A DNA stretch of 64,000 nt from the NCBI GenBank assembly GCA_001179505.1, contig CDMY01000337.1, positions 50,158 to 114,157 of the forward strand. Reading direction: 5' to 3'. This DNA is from Vitrella brassicaformis CCMP3155 (lineage: Eukaryota > Protista > Chromerida). The notes under the pieces are model-generated. The model had not been told where the DNA came from. It searched no databases and worked only from the letters and a program-made list of their open reading frames with translations. Position 1 is the first letter of the stretch, and each line of letters starts with the position of its first letter. Positions 59,331 to 64,000 of this stretch are shown here, piece by piece. The translations under genes were made by a program, and so were the position numbers.

Positions 59331-59998
59331 AGCCAAACAGGAAATGGACGTGCCCGCGCGGTGCCTCGCCGAGCTGCCGCGACGAATTCTTCTCGTGCGT
59401 GCCGACCTCCCGCCTAGCCTCTCCCGCGCACGCACGGCCTTATTTCCCACAAGCCACGCAGGAACGAACGCATTTCTTTTTTTTTCCTCTGTGGTTTGTT
59501 CCGGCAGAAAAAACGCTGGTGCGTCCGCGGCTGTGCATTCGCTGTCTCCCTGCATTCGCCGGCGTGTCTCTCTTCCTTTCAGCGACCTGTACGGTGAGGA
59601 AGACACAGCCGCACAGACGCCACGGGGTAAGGAAAGGACGCCGGATGTGTCTGTCGTGTTGTGTGCAGACAGTCATCACGGTGAGGTGTTTAGAGGTGTT
59701 GCGCCGGTGGGTGGAACGGCGTATGTTGTTGAAGTTGCTGTGTGCCGAACACACACCGTGGTCAGAAGGATCAATCTCTGCCGTACAAGCCTTTACGCAA
59801 GGCACGCAACGCACGAGTCCATCATGGGCATGGCCAGCCCGCCAAGCAAGACACGCACGAGAGCTGCCAACGCTCACCGAAGATGCACGAAATAGAAAGA
59901 CATGTCTGCAAGCTAAGCACAAACCCTGCTATCAAAACCCAACATATGTCATTCGCCACTTGGTATGTCGGTCGCAAGGAAACGAGCGGGTTGCGACA

Positions 59999-60210
59999 AG
60001 TTTGCGCGCGATTTCTCGCCCAGAGACAGTCAGACTGTCTCTTTTCTCCTTTTTGTTGTCAAGAATAATTTGTTTGTAGTTGGCCATATCACATTCATCG
60101 TCACCCCTTCTCTGCCTGCCGTTGTGCTATGCGTTAAATCTCTTCCCCCCTCTCCCTTTCAGTCGGCCTGCCCGTGTTACGTGACTGACAGCGTGACGCC
60201 GACTGAGCAA
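59999..60210 (+). repeat. Direct repeat copy 2
   Basis: See copy 1. Confidence 0.9.
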
Positions 60211-60799
60211 AGGTGCCGCCTGATACACACAAACACAAAGGAGAGGTCAGTTTGAATGGATGGATGGATGGATGGATGTGTGGCTGGTGTAACGAATGCT
60301 CTCACGCAGAAGTCGAGGATCGTCGCCGCCCGCCGTCGCCTCGGCCGGTCTCCAAGACTCAGGTGCGGATCAAGACACAAGTGCCATCAACCGACACGCC
60401 GACCGACTCGCCTCAATCGCAGGATGTCTGCCGTCGCCGCAGCCCAAGATGCCCGGCGGTGAGAAAGGTGCCATGACTTCCTGCAGACTCGGGAACACAG
60501 AACACGATTCGTCAGTTGTCTGGCTGCTTTCGGTGTGTATGCCCATCAGGTCTGACGTTACTGCCGTCCCATGGTGCCGTCCCATGGTGCTGTTTCGTCC
60601 AGTGCTGCCGGAGAGGGATGCGGAGGACGCAAAAGAGACGATGAATGGCTTCACACACGGCATCTCTCCGTGTACGTGAGCTCAGCTCTGGGCCAGTCCG
60701 GTCCATTCGTCGCGTCTACGGTACACAAAGACATAGACACAGCCTCGCACACACCCAGGAACCAATTCATGTGTGTGTGTGTGCCATTGGTTGTTTTGC

Positions 60800-61260
60800 A
60801 GGGCCGCGCTGGCGGCGATGCGTTTGCAGCCGTTCTGTCGGAGCTTGACCGTCAGCTTGTTTTCCCTTCAGCAAAGTGGACCGGCTGTGCAGAAACACTA
60901 CCTCACTCTCGCGTAGGCATTAGCAAAGAAGGAAGCAGGACAGCAGCACAGGTGCGGTGCGTCTGTGGTGTGTCTGTGCTGCATGTGTGTGTATAGGGCT
61001 CCTTCGATCCCACCAGCAGGAGCTGTTCGGGCCGGGGCCCGTGTCGCAGCAGCTGCAGCGACAGATCGTCGACCGCCTCATGCGCATCTGACGCATATGG
61101 AATCAGTTGCAGCAGGTAGGTAGGTATGTAGGCATAGACCACCTGCTGCAAGGCCTTGCCGATCGGGATGTGCAGGAGAACCTCTTGCGGCAGCGAGCCG
61201 ACGCCATCCTTCACCGAGGCGGCCGCAAGCACCGACACCTGAACCACATATACTACACAT
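60800..61260 (+). pseudogene. Possible decayed coding exons
   Basis: The GC3-biased frame LLRSHQQELFGPGPVSQQLQRQIVDRLMRI is interrupted by TGA and then continues RIWNQLQQ. Its phase does not fit the preceding exon-like segment. Confidence 0.3.
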
Positions 61261-61494
61261 ACGCGCACAGATTCACCCTTCTGATCAAAAAATGCCCGTC
61301 TGTCGTTGATAGGAATGAGTTACGCCACCATTTCCAAGGTGCTCGACAGCTGTCGCGGCCCGCCTTGACATCAGTGAGACGGAGCTGAGCGACTTATTCG
61401 CCGCCATTCCCGCCGAGGTGAGAAGGGAAGGCCTTTCTTTCTACTCACAAACATAGATTAGATGGAGTGGGGGCATGACGCGCAGTGCCGTGCC

Positions 61495-62344
61495 ATGCGC
61501 TGCATTTTGTCTGCCTGCACCGGGGTTAGGGGGCGATGGGTGTGGTCCACTGCACTACTGCATGGCGTCCTGATGCTCATGCCGATGATGTCTCTGTCTC
61601 TGTGTTTGTGTGCAGGTGCGGGTGGACGAGGAGGAGGCCCTGCATGCCGTCGACCGGGCGGCCGCGGACGCCTACATCGACCTCGAGGAACGCGCCGCCG
61701 AGGAGGACTGGCGCCGCTTCCAGGGGAGTACAGAACCACACACGCACAACACTCACTACATCTCTCCCCCTCTGTGTGTGTGCTGTGTGCAGTGAGGAGG
61801 AGGCCGCCCTGTTGGAGGAGGAGGCCGCCAAGTTCGGCGCCACCAACCTCACTACGGGCCCCGCCCAGGACCACTATGCCTTCCCCGGGCCGCAGGCCAT
61901 CGGTAGGCACACACAGACCGACCGACAGAGAGGCAGACAGAGAGAGGGAGCTGGGAGGGGGGACAATACACACACCCACACCCACACACCCACACACACA
62001 TGCATCCCCTCCTCTCTCTCCCTGTCTGTGTGTCTGTCTGTGTGGTTGGCTCCTGTGGTCCGCTCCCTTCCTCAGCCCTGCCCCACAACAACTACCATCC
62101 TCCACCTGCCGTGTGTGGTGTGCCCAACTTGGCCCTGCCTGTGCTGCCGGCGTTTTATGTGCCGCCCCTGGGCCCCGTGGAGATGTTCAAGTTCACCTCG
62201 ACGCCCATGTGTGACGTGCCCTGGGCGGTGCGGCCGACGCTGCTGGCGGCACGGGCTGTGCAGCGGCTGCGGGAGGGCCACCCCAAAGCGATGGTCGACA
62301 GGTGGTTCTGGCAGGAGATGAGCCAGGCCATCGGGCTGCCCTGA
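61495..62344 (+). CDS. Hypothetical protein, tandem paralog 1 (start uncertain)
   Basis: Exons VRVDEEEALHAVDRAAADAYIDLEE..., LLEEEAAKFGATNLTTGPAQDHYAFPGPQAI, ALPHNNYHPPPAVCGVPNLALPVLPAFYVPPLGPVEMFKFTST...; stop at 62342-62344. Confidence 0.6.
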
Positions 62345-63136
62345 CCCGTAAGTGGTGAGTGTTTGAGGGGGATGAGGTGGTCACAGAGAGAGAGAGGGAG
62401 AGGGAGGGAGAGGGAGAGCGGGTCAGCTGTGCTCATGGTCTCCTCTCTGTCTGTCTGTCTGTCTGTCTGATGTGCTGTGCTGTGCTGTGCTGTGTGCAGG
62501 TGGGGCTGTAAATCCCTGTAGCTCGGTGGCCGGTGTTTTGTTGCATTGCTGCTGCTGCTGGTGGTGTTGGACTGCCTGCGGTGCCGCGCCCCTCAGCCGA
62601 GCCCATTGCCTCCTTAATGTGTCGGCTGCCGCTCTCGTCGGGGTGGCTGTGGGGATAGGAGGCGATGGGTGGGTGAATGAGCAGAAAGCAGTGCATCCAT
62701 CCATGCATCCAATATGTCAACCAACAGGTTTCTTTCTGTTTGGCCTCAGAAATCGCTGGCTACATTTTATATCCGATTGGCCCATGACAATCCCTCCAAC
62801 CGCATTGCCGTCCCCCGCCATCCATGTGGGCATCGAAGGTGAGCTGTCAAACAGACTGATCAACTCCCGTCTACGTGTCTCGTGTCCGCCTTTGTGGTAC
62901 TGTACAGATCGACCGCCGTCTCCACCTTGCATCCCCGATGGACCTACTCAATCCATATCGATCTGCGCCCGGCGGCCTGCCAGGTACGTACGTACGTGAG
63001 GGAGAAAGGAAGACGCTAAAGGCACTTCATCGTGTCTCTTCTCTTTTCTCTGTGTGTTTCCGCATATTTGGCCGCTTCGGCGGCCATGGAGAGACGTCCT
63101 GGGCAGTTGGCCAAGCTGCAGGACGACGATGGACCC

Positions 63137-63860
63137 CCACGACCAACCGGCGCGTCTAATGGACACGTCCATCTGTCCACCACAACGCACTTGTGGATGT
63201 GAGGGACGAACACAAAGTTTTGGGGATTCCCGCGCTCACTACATCTCTCCCCCCCTGTGTGTGTGCAGTGCTGGAGCGGAAACTGTTGGAGGAGGAGGCC
63301 GCCAAGTTCGGCGCCGCCATCACCTTCACTACGGGTGCCGCCCAGGACCACTATTCTTTCCCCGGGCCGCAGGCCATCGGTAGGCACACACACACAGACA
63401 GAGAGGCAGACAGAGAGAGAGGGAGCTGGGAGGGGGGACAATACACACACACACACACACACGCACATGCATCCCCTTCTCTCTGTCTCTGTCTGTCTGT
63501 GTCTGTGTGGTTGGCTACTTTGCTCATGCAGCCCTGCCCCAGAACAACTACAGCACCATCCGCCACCTGCCGTGTGTGGCGTGCCTAAGATGGCCCTGCC
63601 TGTGCTGCCGGCGTGTTACGTGCCGCCCCTGGGCACTGTGGAGATGTTCAAGTTCACCTCGACGCAGTTTCCAGAGGCAGCGAAAAGTGAGGTCCGCGGT
63701 GTTTGCTGCAGCCCTCTTGTTATTGTCGATATCGCTGCCCCCCACACACCATGAGCGCACCCCATTTGCGCCGCTTTATCGCCGCCGCCAAGTCCGACCC
63801 GTCGATGAGCGACGAGGACCTTACGGCGTTGTACGAGGCCATCCCGTACGCGGTGAGGTG
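63137..63860 (+). CDS. Hypothetical protein, tandem paralog 2 (probably runs beyond the window)
   Basis: Shares two exons and the intervening intron with paralog 1 (about 61752-62203 vs 63235-63666), then diverges (LRRFIAAAKSDPSMSDEDLTALYEAIPYAV). Confidence 0.55.
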
Positions 63861-64000
63861 AGTCAGCCCGCCCACCCACACGCAGCCAGGAATGCATGAC
63901 ACGCTGTCTGCGTCGGGTGTGTGTGGGGGGTGACATTGCACAACTAACTGCATGGCGACGATGCCCTCATGGCGATGCATTGCTTGCATGTCTCTCTCTA

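Noticed and set aside
59344-59895. 183-aa ORF after direct-repeat copy 1
   Set aside because: Weak codon bias, contains intron-like T-rich segments and no recognisable domain; cannot be supported as a gene model.
1-64000. rRNA, tRNA, CRISPR arrays, retroelement or transposase ORFs
   Set aside because: No cloverleaf or rRNA signatures, repeat-spacer arrays, or RT/integrase/DDE motifs were seen by eye; covariance-model scans were not run.

Overview
Eukaryotic, GC-rich, intron-dense genomic DNA. Introns are short (about 55-150 nt) and full of (GT)n/(CA)n and tetranucleotide microsatellites. This style, together with signal-peptide+Phe plastid presequences, suggests a chromerid alveolate such as Vitrella brassicaformis (inference, not verified). 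I reconstructed about 25 protein-coding genes by hand-splicing, so most ORF-track entries are exon fragments or antisense shadows. Recognisable genes: leucine-zipper+LOV protein, GAS2/GAR-like protein, subtilase, CAP/SCP protein, CDK10, CMC4-like twin-Cx9C protein, PI-PLC-like/TM/2xWW membrane protein, a ~10.8 kb Sushi-array+Hint(Hog) gene, degenerate SPX protein, plastid membrane protein, NDK, FIG4/SAC phosphatase, NTF2-RRM (G3BP-like), plastid 2Fe-2S ferredoxin and NF-YB. Best leads: (1) a giant secreted Sushi protein with a predicted self-cleaving Hint domain and sterol-recognition-like tail, head-to-head (122 bp between ATGs) with a receptor-like PLC-TM-WW gene; (2) a LOV photoreceptor with a zipper but no bZIP basic region; (3) a subtilase with Glu in place of the catalytic Asp; (4) two ~110-nt foldback hairpins in tail-to-tail intergenic regions that share an 18-mer; (5) a 1.2-kb inverted gene duplication bracketing an ~18-kb block. 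No rRNA, tRNA, CRISPR array or transposase was seen. There are two 300-N assembly gaps. Gene boundaries are manual predictions.
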